NCBI RefSeq assembly: GCF_022558725.1
Contig: NZ_CP060892.1
Reading direction: 5' to 3' (one strand)
Length of the DNA: 40,000 bases
Source of the DNA: Escherichia coli
Lineage (GTDB): Bacteria; Pseudomonadota; Gammaproteobacteria; Enterobacterales; Enterobacteriaceae
The notes under the pieces were generated by a model. The model was not told the DNA's origin. It saw nothing but the letters and a program-made list of their open reading frames with translations, and ran no database searches. Positions 17,244 to 27,396 of the stretch are shown here, one piece after another. How positions within the stretch are numbered: the first letter of the stretch is position 1; every line of letters starts with the position of its first letter. The position numbers and the translations under genes were made by a program.

Positions 17244-18191
17244 ATGTTCGGTCTGAGGAAAGTAAATCGAAACACTCATACGTTTGAAACCACTTTTCAA
17301 AATTGGAAAGAAAATGGCGAAGATGTTGCATTATTAATGCCCGAATTTAGTGCTAAATGGCTACCGATAGCAGAAGAGAGTGGCAGCTGGTCTGGATGGG
17401 TATTGCTTGGAGAAATATTTCCCTTAATTTCATCTGAGCTCGCTGGGATGGCTTTAATGCCAGAAACGGAAAGGTTAATAGGGGAATGCCTCAGTTTATC
17501 CAGTTCCCCGTTAAATCTAAAGCATCCTGAACTAAAATATAATCGTTTGCGCGTAGGTAAAGTATTTGATGGAGTATTGAGCCCTGCTCAACCACTAATA
17601 AGAATATGGACAGGGGAATTGAATCTTTGGTTAGATAAAGTCACAGTCTGCCAATACGGAAACGCTCCAGCGTTAGACAAAAAATCGTTATATTGCTCCA
17701 TTCATTTTGTAATTGGATTTAGTAAAACATGTTACAGAAGTCTTGTTGATATTGAAGTTGGTGATGTTTTATTAATCTCAAATAATTTGGCTTATGCGGT
17801 TATTTATAATACAAAAATTTGTGATTTAATTTATCCAGAGGAGTTAAAAATGGCTGATCATTTTGAGTACGAGGAAGATTTTGAAACAGATGATTTTGAT
17901 ATCAAAAAAAACGAGAGTGAGATTTATGATGAAAATGACGATCAGATGATTAATAGTTTTGAAGACTTGCCTGTAAAAATTGAGTTTGTTCTTGGTAAGA
18001 AAATAATGAATCTATATGAAATAGACGAACTCTGTGCAAAAAGAATAATATCTCTGCTTTCTGAATCTGAGAAAAATATAGAAATACGTGTAAATGGCGC
18101 GCTAACTGGCTATGGCGAACTTGTTGAAGTGGATGATAAATTGGGCGTAGAGATTCATTCTTGGTTATCAGGGCATAATAATGTCAAATAG
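17244..18191 (+). CDS. epaO: ETT2 T3SS C-ring/sorting platform protein (SctQ)
   Basis: 315 aa SpaO-like protein; C-terminal SpoA-like domain; first gene of the epaOPQRS order. Confidence 0.88.
   Translation: MFGLRKVNRNTHTFETTFQNWKENGEDVALLMPEFSAKWLPIAEESGSWSGWVLLGEIFPLISSELAGMALMPETERLIGECLSLSSSPLNLKHPELKYNRLRVGKVFDGVLSPAQPLIRIWTGELNLWLDKVTVCQYGNAPALDKKSLYCSIHFVIGFSKTCYRSLVDIEVGDVLLISNNLAYAVIYNTKICDLIYPEELKMADHFEYEEDFETDDFDIKKNESEIYDENDDQMINSFEDLPVKIEFVLGKKIMNLYEIDELCAKRIISLLSESEKNIEIRVNGALTGYGELVEVDDKLGVEIHSWLSGHNNVK
17850..18191 (+). CDS. Candidate internally initiated SctQ-C product
   Basis: In-frame ATG at codon 203 of epaO, preceded by a GAGGAG Shine-Dalgarno (CCAGAGGAGTTAAAAATGGCTGATC). 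Confidence 0.55.
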   Translation: MADHFEYEEDFETDDFDIKKNESEIYDENDDQMINSFEDLPVKIEFVLGKKIMNLYEIDELCAKRIISLLSESEKNIEIRVNGALTGYGELVEVDDKLGVEIHSWLSGHNNVK

Positions 18192-18846
18192 CATTTCGCT
18201 GATAGCTATACTATCATTATTTACACTATTGCCGTTTATAATAGCATCCGGGACATATTTTATTAAATTCTCGATTGTTTTTGTTATTGTCCGAAACGCG
18301 CTGGGGCTTCAGCAAGTGCCATCAAATATGACACTTAATGGGGTTGCTTTGCTATTGTCAATGTTTGTAATGATGCCGGTTGGGAAGGAAATATATTATA
18401 ACAGTCAGAATGAGAATCTTTCATTCAATAATGTAGCGTCGGTTGTTAATTTTGTTGAGACAGGCATGAGTGGTTATAAATCATATTTGATAAAATATTC
18501 CGAACCGGAGTTGGTTAACTTTTTTGAAAAGATTCAGAAGGTGAATAGCTCTGAAGACAATGAAGAGATATTCGATGATGATAATATTTCAATTTTCTCG
18601 TTACTCCCGGCATATGCGTTGAGTGAGATAAAAAGTGCATTTATTATAGGTTTTTATATCTATTTACCCTTTGTTGTAGTGGATCTGGTTATATCCAGCG
18701 TTCTGTTAACGTTAGGTATGATGATGATGAGTCCGGTAACCATATCTACACCGATAAAATTAATTTTGTTTGTCGCGATGGACGGTTGGACAATGTTATC
18801 AAAAGGACTCATTTTACAATATTTTGACCTATCCATTAATCCCTGA
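18181..18846 (+). CDS. epaP: ETT2 T3SS export gate protein (SctR)
   Basis: 221 aa, MSNSISLIAILSLFTLLPFIIASGTYFIKFSIVFVIVRNALGLQQVPSNM. Confidence 0.93.
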   Translation: MSNSISLIAILSLFTLLPFIIASGTYFIKFSIVFVIVRNALGLQQVPSNMTLNGVALLLSMFVMMPVGKEIYYNSQNENLSFNNVASVVNFVETGMSGYKSYLIKYSEPELVNFFEKIQKVNSSEDNEEIFDDDNISIFSLLPAYALSEIKSAFIIGFYIYLPFVVVDLVISSVLLTLGMMMMSPVTISTPIKLILFVAMDGWTMLSKGLILQYFDLSINP

Positions 18847-18855
18847 GGAAAAAAT

Positions 18856-19116
18856 ATGGACGATATTGTTTTTGCAGGGAATAGGGCGCTGTATCTGATT
18901 TTAGTTATGTCTGCAGGACCTATCGCAGTTGCGACATTTGTTGGTTTATTAGTAGGGCTTTTTCAAACGGTAACACAGTTGCAAGAACAGACGTTGCCAT
19001 TTGGCGTGAAATTATTATGCGTAAGTATTTGCTTTTTTTTAATGAGCGGATGGTATGGCGAAAAATTATATTCTTTTGGTATTGAAATGCTGAATTTAGC
19101 ATTCGCGAGAGGATAG
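18856..19116 (+). CDS. epaQ: ETT2 T3SS export gate protein (SctS)
   Basis: 86 aa two-TM protein [26 protein letters not shown]. Confidence 0.93.
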   Translation: MDDIVFAGNRALYLILVMSAGPIAVATFVGLLVGLFQTVTQLQEQTLPFGVKLLCVSICFFLMSGWYGEKLYSFGIEMLNLAFARG

Positions 19117-19117
19117 C

Positions 19118-19885
19118 ATGGGTGAGGCGATACTCTATCAGTTGCATAGTCTGCTGGCTGCTACAGCGCTCTGTTTTTGCCGATTGGCACCCACTTTCTA
19201 TTTGTTACCATTTTTCGCCAGTGGGAATATACCAACAGTAGTCCGTCATCCAATAATAATAGTGGTATCATGTGCATTAGTTCAGCATTACCACTATGAA
19301 TTATTGAACTTAAATGAAATCGATATTGCTTTGTTCGCTGCCAGAGAAATTATCATAGGGCTGTTTATTGCATGCTTATTAGCATCCCCGTTTTGGATTT
19401 TCCTTGCTATAGGTAGCTTTATCGATAACCAACGCGGTGCAACATTAAGTAGTACTTTGGATCCGGCTACAGGTGTCGATACCTCGGAATTAGCAAGATT
19501 ATTTAACCTTTTCTCTGCTGCGGTTTATCTTACTAAAGGTGGAATGAACTTTATTCTGGAAACTCTTTGGCAAAGTTATAATTTATGGCCTTCAGGCAAT
19601 TTTAATTTTCCTAAATTAGAGCCTTTATTCTCATATATTAATAACATAATGACTCATACTATCGTTTACGCAAGCCCCGTGATTGCCGTTATGCTGGGCG
19701 GTGAGGCTGTCCTGGGATTGCTGGCACGTTATGCTTCACAACTAAATGCTTTTGCCATTTCACTGACTGTCAAAAGTGCGCTGGCATTTTTAATATTAAT
19801 TATTTATTTTGGCCCAATACTGGCTGAACGAGTAATGCCGTTATCCTTTTTCCCAGAACAATTGCAACTATACATTGAGAAATAG
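19118..19885 (+). CDS. epaR: ETT2 T3SS export gate protein (SctT)
   Basis: 255 aa polytopic SpaR-like protein. Confidence 0.93.
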   Translation: MGEAILYQLHSLLAATALCFCRLAPTFYLLPFFASGNIPTVVRHPIIIVVSCALVQHYHYELLNLNEIDIALFAAREIIIGLFIACLLASPFWIFLAIGSFIDNQRGATLSSTLDPATGVDTSELARLFNLFSAAVYLTKGGMNFILETLWQSYNLWPSGNFNFPKLEPLFSYINNIMTHTIVYASPVIAVMLGGEAVLGLLARYASQLNAFAISLTVKSALAFLILIIYFGPILAERVMPLSFFPEQLQLYIEK

Positions 19886-19893
19886 AGTGTTTC

Positions 19894-21014
19894 ATGGCCA
19901 ATAAAACTGAAAAGCCAACACAAAAGAAACTCCAGGATGCTTCTAAAAAAGGGCAAATTCTAAAAAGTAGAGACTTAACCATCTCTGTAATAATGCTTGT
20001 GGGTACTTTATATCTCGGATATGTTTTTGATGTGCATCACATTATGTCGATTCTTGAATACATCCTTGATCATAACGCTAAACCAGATATTTGGGACTAT
20101 TTTAAAGCTATGGGGGTTGGTTGGTTGAAAACGAACATTCCTTTTTTGCTGGTTTGCATGTTCACAACAATACTTGTCTCCTGGTTTCAAAGTAAAAAGC
20201 AATTAGCAACTGAAGCTGTTAAATTTAAGCTTGATTCATTGAATCCAGTAAATGGCTTAAAGCGTATATTTGGCTTAAAAACCGTAAAAGAATCTGTTAA
20301 AGCAATTCTTTATATTATTTTTTTTGCATTGGCGATCAAAGTATTTTGGAGTAATCATAAATCACTGCTTTTTAAAACTCTTGATGGAGATATCATATCT
20401 TTATTATCAGATTGGGGAGAGATGCTATTCCTTCTCATACTGTATTGTCTCGGCAGTATGATAATTGTCTTAATTTTTGATTTTATCGCTGAATATTTTT
20501 TATTTATGAAAGATATGAAAATGGATAAACAAGAAGTTAAAAGAGAATACAAGGAGCAAGAAGGAAATCCAGAAATTAAGTCTAAACGCAGAGAGCGCAT
20601 CAGGAAATTCTTTCTGAGCAATTGAAGTCTGATGTCAGTAATAGTCGTTTGATGATTGCCAACCCTACTCACATTGCAATAGGGATATACTTTAAGCCAC
20701 ATCTTTCACCTATTCCATTGATTTCTGTAAGAGAAACTAATGAGGTAGCCTTAGCCGTAAGGAAATATGCAAAGGAAATCGGAATACCAATTATCACAGA
20801 TAAAAAATTAGCACGAAAAATTTATGCTACCCATCGTCGCTACGATTATGTTAGCTTCGAAAATATAGATGAAATATTACGTCTTCTGCTGTGGCTTGAA
20901 GATGTGGAGAATGCTGGACAACCTGTTCCAGATGAACAGCTCTCTTCAGAAGATAAATTCATTGAAGGTGAAGAGAAAGAAATCGAGAATAAAGACGATA
21001 ATTTAAAAAATTAA
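19894..21014 (+). pseudogene. epaS: ETT2 T3SS switch protein (SctU), split by a single-nucleotide frameshift
   Basis: ORFs 19894-20625 (ends ERIRKFFLSN*) and 20622-21014 (KSDVSNSRLMIANPTHIAIG). The other frame reads EILSEQLKSDVSNSRLMIANPTH, as expected for SpaS-like proteins. Confidence 0.88.
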
Positions 21015-21075
21015 ACATCTGTCGTAGTCAGAAATTTATAAGAATCTACACGCAAAAACCGTGTAGATTCATTAT

Positions 21076-21369
21076 TTAATGAGTTAAATGATCTTGTGAA
21101 ATGACAAGCAATTGATACATACTCATCTCTTTATAAGCTGGAACTGTAGTAACCTGTGCAAATTCGCGATATAGCTTTTGCTCCAGTTCTGCTGTAGATA
21201 TATATTCCGGGTGTTCGCTAAAGAACTGTCTTGCATCTACTATCGCTTGGGATTCGCCACTTCTTTTATTTTGATTCTCCTTTAATGAATTTTCTCTGGT
21301 GCATGCAGAGAGCAACGATATCAGCGCGATGGTTATTATGATTTTACTATTATATCCTACTAATGACAT
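21076..21369 (-). CDS. Small lipoprotein of the ETT2 region
   Basis: 97 aa with lipobox LISLLSAC. Confidence 0.6.
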   Translation of the reverse strand: MSLVGYNSKIIITIALISLLSACTRENSLKENQNKRSGESQAIVDARQFFSEHPEYISTAELEQKLYREFAQVTTVPAYKEMSMYQLLVISQDHLTH

Positions 21370-21370
21370 A

Positions 21371-21871
21371 TCAACTTTCTCTTACGCAAGATTGGAGTTT
21401 AAAATAATGTTTATCCCATTCACAGAGTGCTATAAACAACTCAACAGTACCTTTTATGTTAAGTTTATTTAGGGCTCTTATTTTGTGATATGATACTGTT
21501 TTATAATCAATTCCTTTAATAATGGCTACTTGTTTTAACGAGTAAGAAACACATAACCGCAGGATATCTATATCATCATGGGTAAGTGCTTCTTGTGTGG
21601 AATACACATTTTGTGTATGAAGATTCGAAATCAGGAAATGCGTTAAATCAGATAATCTAATATTCTTATTGATCCTGATGAAATTGTTGCTTAAAAGGAT
21701 GTTTACAGGTTCTGTATTTGGTTTGAGATTTCGATGTTGATGCTCATCAATAACAACGAATGAATGCCCAAGATCAACCAACGCAACTAAATCGCTGTAA
21801 TATTCTTTTTGGGATGCTAATAATGCATTAGTGACTACAGTGAAGTAGACATCACTGGAAAAGACTTGCAT
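21371..21871 (-). CDS. LuxR/GerE-type HTH regulator of the ETT2 region
   Basis: 166 aa, C-terminus LTHDDIDILRLCVSYSLKQVAIIKGIDYKTVSYHKIRALNKLNIKG. Confidence 0.75.
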   Translation of the reverse strand: MQVFSSDVYFTVVTNALLASQKEYYSDLVALVDLGHSFVVIDEHQHRNLKPNTEPVNILLSNNFIRINKNIRLSDLTHFLISNLHTQNVYSTQEALTHDDIDILRLCVSYSLKQVAIIKGIDYKTVSYHKIRALNKLNIKGTVELFIALCEWDKHYFKLQSCVRES

Positions 21872-22118
21872 ATGCCAACCTGTACTCTAAAATCATTTAG
21901 GGTAAATATTACGTGTAAAAGTTAAAATAAGAGTAATTGTTATATTTGCTTAACATTGGGGGAATAGGGTTTATACCTTAAATTGTAAATAAAGTTATGC
22001 ATAGAGGCATTTAAAATAGTCCTCGAAATTATAATTTTTTATTCTGTGTCATCATATTTTGGTCATGAAATTTCCGTCTTGTTACACTACTCTAAACTAG
22101 AGCTTATGGAATTAGCGG

Positions 22119-23308
22119 GTGCTATTCATGGAAAATAATGATAAATTCTTATCACAAGACTTATTGGAATCTTATGCCATTCGTTTGTTGAGCGGACCAT
22201 TGAATGGATGCGAGTATGAAATACTTAATGGGCGTCTACTTGTTATCATTGGTAATGATGTTTCGTTAGGAAGAAGTGATGCTTTTTCTGAGTTACCAGA
22301 AAACACAATAGTCGTTCCTTATGGCGAGCTTACAGGTAGTTTTGAGATAATAATTACTACCGACCCTGATCTGGTAGTAACATTCAGAGAATTAACAGCA
22401 CAAGAACCTGAAGATAGAACGTTAACATTGAATCAGCAAATAGAAGTTTTAGGTCTCAAATTTGCTGTAAAAGAAAAAATGAAGTTTGGCAGTATTCATT
22501 GCCAGGCATTATTGAAAATAACATTATTTCTACAAAACAACATTTCTTTAGCAGTAAGCTGTTTAAGTATGTAATGCTTTTTTTTCTTTTTGCTATCATT
22601 TTCATTGCTTTTTATATTGTTAATGCCAGTAATGATCCGCAGCTGAGACATATCGATAAAATTCTTGTAAACAAAAACAGGAATTATGAAATTTTATATG
22701 GTAGAGATCATGTTATCTATATTAATACCAATATTTTGGATGAAGCAGTCTGGGTCAAACAAGCACTGGAAAAAAATCAACCAGGAAAGCCAGTACGGGT
22801 GATAAATCCTGATGATGAATCGATACGAATTTTTTCATGGCTTGCTGATAATTTCCCTGATTTACAATATTTTAAACTTCAACTATTAGATGCCAGTAAT
22901 CTAAGATTGACAGTGAGTAAGCAACGGAACGCTATCACACAGCAACTAATCGATAATCTTATTAAAGGATTACTGCAAACTATGCCATATGCCAGCAATA
23001 TAAGTATTGCGGTATTAGATGATAATGTATTGGAAAGTCAGGCTATTGAAACGTTGTCAGCGATAGGTCTTTCTTATGAAAAATATAAAACAGCTAACAA
23101 TGTGTATTTCAATATCATTGGTACGTTAAGTGACAGTGAATTAAATAAAATTAATAACTATGTTGACGAATATTATAAACAATGGGGTAAACAATATGTA
23201 AGATTTAATGTGAATTTGAAAAATCAGGACACAAATAATAGTTCATTTAGCTACGGAGATAACCGATTCGAGAAGTCTCAAGGTAGCAAGTGGACATTTC
23301 AGGAATAA
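22119..23308 (+). pseudogene. eprH: ETT2 T3SS inner-ring protein (SctD, PrgH-like), frameshifted at an A tract
   Basis: ORFs 22119-22574 and 22499-23308. Adding one A to the A6 tract at 22474-22479 joins VKEKNEVWQYSLPGIIENN. Confidence 0.85.
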
Positions 23309-23321
23309 TTGAGGAAGACTT

Positions 23322-23561
23322 ATGGCAGATTGGAATGGTTATATTATGGACATCAGCAAACAATTTGATCAGGGCGTTGATGATCTGAACCAGCAAGTTG
23401 AAAAAGCGTTGGAGGATTTAGCAACCAATCCTTCCGACCCGAAATTCCTTGCCGAATATCAAAGTGCATTAGCTGAGTATACATTATATCGAAATGCGCA
23501 ATCTAACGTTGTAAAAGCGTATAAAGATCTTGATTCGGCAATCATACAAAACTTCCGCTAA
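23322..23561 (+). CDS. eprI: ETT2 T3SS needle protein (SctF, PrgI-like)
   Basis: 79 aa MADWNGYIMDISKQFDQGVDDLNQQVEKALEDLATNPSDPKFLAEYQSALAEYTLYRNAQSNVVKAYKDLDSAIIQNFR. Confidence 0.95.
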   Translation: MADWNGYIMDISKQFDQGVDDLNQQVEKALEDLATNPSDPKFLAEYQSALAEYTLYRNAQSNVVKAYKDLDSAIIQNFR

Positions 23562-23580
23562 ACTGGATAAGGATTTTATT

Positions 23581-23913
23581 ATGTCAGTAAGCAATATGCC
23601 ACCTATTGATAGAGCTGAGCAATCAACTGCTCATGAAATACAGCAAGCGAAAGTGATTGATTTAAATGACCGGGTTCTCAATCTTGACAACCCGGATGAT
23701 AAAATGATCTCCGCTTTTGCTAACTATGCTGTACAAACTGAAAATTGGCAGCAAAATGCGTTACAAGCATTAACGTCTGATAAAAAAGGATTAACTCCTG
23801 AAAAATTATTAGTCTTGCAGGATCATGTGCTTAATTATAATGTCGAGGTTTCATTGGTGGGAACATTAGCAAGAAAAATTGTCGCTGCAGTTGAGACGTT
23901 GACCCGCTCATGA
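23581..23913 (+). CDS. eprJ: ETT2 T3SS inner rod protein (SctI, PrgJ-like)
   Basis: MSVSNMPPIDRAEQSTAHEIQQ...; between the needle gene and the prgK-like gene. Confidence 0.9.
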   Translation: MSVSNMPPIDRAEQSTAHEIQQAKVIDLNDRVLNLDNPDDKMISAFANYAVQTENWQQNALQALTSDKKGLTPEKLLVLQDHVLNYNVEVSLVGTLARKIVAAVETLTRS

Positions 23914-24644
23914 AATATATATCATTATTATTGTTTATCCTGCTGTTGTGCGGCTGCAAGCAGCAGGAATTACTGAACCATCTTGATCAACAGCAAGCTA
24001 ATGATGTCCTTGCTGTTTTACAAAGACATAATATTAATGCTGAAAAGAAGGATCAAGGCAAAACTGGATTCTCAATCTATGTTGAACCAACGGATTTTGC
24101 TTCTGCGGTGGATTGGCTAAAAATCTACAATCTCCCGGGTAAGCCTGATATTCAAATATCGCAGATGTTCCCTGCAGATGCACTCGTTTCATCTCCACGA
24201 GCGGAAAAAGCAAGGCTATATTCTGCTATTGAGCAGCGGTTAGAGCAATCTCTCAAAATTATGGATGGTATTGTTTCTTCGAGAGTACATGTTAGTTACG
24301 ATGTTGATACTGGCGATAGTGGTAAAACTGCTTTACCAATTCATATTTCTGTACTTGCAGTATATGAAAAAGATATCAATCCAGAAATAAAAATAAATGA
24401 CATAAAGAGATTTATTGTTAATAGTTTTGCAAGCGTACAATATGAGAATATTTCTGTTGTATTGTCAAAACGAAGAGACATTATTGAGCAAGCACCAACA
24501 TATGAAATTAGCGAACCTGTTTTTGCTTATGATAAGGCTATGCCGGTTTCTATCTTACTTGCATTAATATCCGTAGCGACTTGCTGGCTGTTATGGAAGT
24601 ATAGGGCCATTCTAACTAATTTAGTCAGGTTGAAAATTAAGTAG
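23910..24644 (+). CDS. eprK: ETT2 T3SS inner-ring lipoprotein (SctJ, PrgK-like)
   Basis: 244 aa, lipobox LLLCGC, YscJ/PrgK family sequence. Confidence 0.93.
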   Translation: MKYISLLLFILLLCGCKQQELLNHLDQQQANDVLAVLQRHNINAEKKDQGKTGFSIYVEPTDFASAVDWLKIYNLPGKPDIQISQMFPADALVSSPRAEKARLYSAIEQRLEQSLKIMDGIVSSRVHVSYDVDTGDSGKTALPIHISVLAVYEKDINPEIKINDIKRFIVNSFASVQYENISVVLSKRRDIIEQAPTYEISEPVFAYDKAMPVSILLALISVATCWLLWKYRAILTNLVRLKIK

Positions 24645-24659
24645 ACATATGAGAACGTT

Positions 24660-25241
24660 ATGAATCTTGCCCTAAGAAAGATTATATATGATCCAATTAG
24701 TTATATTCATCCTCAACGAGTAAGCTTGAATAATACACCTATTAACAATCCGGTGCTGAGATCTATTACCAATGAAATGATTCTCCTGCAGTATAATCTT
24801 TCAGTTGAACATTTTAATCTGAATAGTTCACTTATTTACTACATAAACAATTGGAATTTACTTCCATTGATCTGTTTACTCAGTGGTTGTCACTTTTATC
24901 GAGAAAGGTTTGCAGAACGCGGGTTTTTTTATAAGGTTCCTGATGTACTAAGGGATTATTTATCAGCTATACCGCTGGAAATAAATGAAAAGGCACGATA
25001 CAAACCCGGCATCGCTAACTATCACAATATCATCACATGTGGTTTTTCAACGTTGTTACCCTATATAAGGCAACAACCATTGGCAATGCAGCAACGATTT
25101 AATTTATTATTTCCTGATTTTGTTGACCACATACAATCGCCGTTACCACTTGCATCAACACTTTTAGAGAGAATTACATTTTATGCGAAAAAAAATAGAG
25201 ATGAGCTTGATAAAATCTCCTGCAAATGGTGTTGTGATTAA
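24660..25241 (+). CDS. ETT2 T3SS sorting platform protein (SctK, OrgA-like)
   Basis: 193 aa, position directly after the prgK-like gene. Confidence 0.8.
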   Translation: MNLALRKIIYDPISYIHPQRVSLNNTPINNPVLRSITNEMILLQYNLSVEHFNLNSSLIYYINNWNLLPLICLLSGCHFYRERFAERGFFYKVPDVLRDYLSAIPLEINEKARYKPGIANYHNIITCGFSTLLPYIRQQPLAMQQRFNLLFPDFVDHIQSPLPLASTLLERITFYAKKNRDELDKISCKWCCD

Positions 25242-25890
25242 AAGAAAAATTTCTGATGGATTGAAAGAAATAGTTTCTCTTAAAGAAAAAATCCTTCTTG
25301 AAACCACCGCAAAAATTCAGAGTATTGAGGAAAAGAGAGAAGAAAAATTTATTCAAGGTTATTATGATGGCTATACAAAAGGCATTATTGATGAGATGGA
25401 TAATTTTATACCCTTGATAAGCTTGCTATGCTCAGAACTTGAAAAAAAAAGAATAAACATGATAAACGATCTGAAGAGTATATTGTTAAAACCTTCAGAA
25501 GAAGTTGATGTTTTTATCAAAATTTTTGAAAGTTGGGTAACAAAATTACCATCAATATCAGGTCCTGTAAATCTCCATATACCTACCAGTTTCAAAGATA
25601 AGTCTCTTGAAGTAGAGTCATATTTTGTCGACAAATCAATATGGAATGTCCATATTACATTTCATGATGATAAGCGTTTTGTGTTTTTTACCGATCAATT
25701 TATTGCTGAATTTAGTCCGCAGGAATTTGTGGATAATTGTGAGCAATATTTAATTAATAATCATTGTTTCTCCCCTGACAAGGTTAACGAAATCTGCGAA
25801 CAAGCCAGACATTATTTAGTTGAAAAAATGTTTGAAACACATTCTTTGGATATGAATAATTCTGTTTTGGCAAGCCCTGAGGACTTATAG
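25183..25890 (+). CDS. ETT2 T3SS stator protein (SctL, OrgB-like); start may be 25201
   Basis: 235 aa, overlaps the orgA-like gene. Confidence 0.8.
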   Translation: MRKKIEMSLIKSPANGVVIKRKISDGLKEIVSLKEKILLETTAKIQSIEEKREEKFIQGYYDGYTKGIIDEMDNFIPLISLLCSELEKKRINMINDLKSILLKPSEEVDVFIKIFESWVTKLPSISGPVNLHIPTSFKDKSLEVESYFVDKSIWNVHITFHDDKRFVFFTDQFIAEFSPQEFVDNCEQYLINNHCFSPDKVNEICEQARHYLVEKMFETHSLDMNNSVLASPEDL

Positions 25891-26111
25891 CTCCCTGGCT
25901 CAAGTTTAATGATTTGAATATAATCTAATTGTAATATTTTAATCATCTCATGATTTTTTAATGCCTGTGGTATTTTTTTACGCAAAAATTTTATTTTTAA
26001 TTATATTTCATTATTATTTCATCAATGTATTCTTTGGATTTTGCTTATAATAATAATGGAAGGGATGATTATAAATGAATGCGTTAAAGCATTTACACTC
26101 AGGATGAATAT

Positions 26112-26744
26112 ATGGGAAAAATTAAAATTGTAGTTTCAGATCAGCAGCCGTTTATGATTGATGGGATAATTGGATTTCTCGGACATTATCCTGATTTATA
26201 TGAGGTTGTTGGGGGCTATAAAGATCTGAAGAAAGCTATAGCGGAGTGTAACAAATCTACAGCCTAAATATTTATTTTAGGAGAATTTGCAGGTGGAATG
26301 ATGGGGGCCGAACTCGTAAAATGGGTTAAATCGCATAAGATAGATGCTCATATTATTACATTTGTAGCAAAGATGCCGTATATTGATTCAATAAAATTGC
26401 TTGAAGCAGGTGCGAAAGGATGCGTATGGAAAACCAGTCACCCGGCGAAACTAAATCGTGCTATTGATTCGATTAGTAATGGTTACACTTATTTTGATAG
26501 TGTACATATGGATTGTGAAAAAATATCTTCCAGGTATTCCTCTGATAATCAACTTACAAATCGTGAGTCAGAAATATTACAACTCATAGCTGATGGTAAA
26601 ACAAACAAAGAAATCGCTAATTTCTTGCAGTTAAGCAGGAAAACAGTCGAAACTCATAGACTCAATATCATGAAGAAATTAGATGTTCACAGTGGTATCG
26701 AGTTGATCAAAACAGCTTTACGTATGGGTGTTTGCACTATATAA
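26112..26744 (+). pseudogene. ygeK: LuxR-family response regulator interrupted by an in-frame TAA
   Basis: [51 protein letters not shown] then [19 protein letters not shown]... in the same frame; [42 protein letters not shown]. Confidence 0.8.
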
Positions 26745-26788
26745 AAAAAAGAGGCTTTAGGCTCATTTTGCTGAAGCCTTACGATTGT

Positions 26789-27265
26789 CTAGTTCATTAA
26801 GCCTGGTATATACAATATATATTTTGGGGCATATTGCTGTCTCTTTTTTTGGTTATCCATTGCAAAACCCGCATTATAAGTCCCCAGGCATTGCCACGTT
26901 ACTCCACAACGTGAAAAATGGTTATATAAAATCTCGGTTCCTATTTTAATGTTCAGACAAGGGTTATCTAACAAATCTCGTTCATCTTTTATTATTCCAC
27001 GTTTTTTTAACAGGGGAATATGCATCTGGTTTATCTGCATTAACCAATAATCTAAACTCTTTATATTGTTATTCTTATCTCTGTTCTTGCCTATGCTATC
27101 CTTTTTTAGATTGCTTTCAACAAGAGCGATAGCTTTAATTAAATTTGGTTCGATTCTGAACATTGTTCCTGCTTCATTAGAGCAAGAGTTGCTGGCGAAA
27201 GACATTTTTGTAATAAATATACAAAACGTGAAGATGGTTAAGAATTTAACTTTTGGTGAGCGCAT
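26789..27265 (-). CDS. pbl: IagB/Pbl-like specialised lytic transglycosylase of ETT2
   Basis: 158 aa with signal peptide; IKAIALVESNLKKDSIGKNR...LMQINQMHIPLLKKRG and GTYNAGF motifs. Confidence 0.85.
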   Translation of the reverse strand: MRSPKVKFLTIFTFCIFITKMSFASNSCSNEAGTMFRIEPNLIKAIALVESNLKKDSIGKNRDKNNNIKSLDYWLMQINQMHIPLLKKRGIIKDERDLLDNPCLNIKIGTEILYNHFSRCGVTWQCLGTYNAGFAMDNQKKRQQYAPKYILYIPGLMN

Positions 27266-27396
27266 ATTTTTTCATGTGTGAGGATTGAATGAAAGGAACG
27301 AGATACTATTATAAAAGTATCTCGTTATGATTTATTTGGTCAATCGTCTACCACTCAATTTTATAGTAAGGTGAGATAGGATTATCTTCTGAATAC

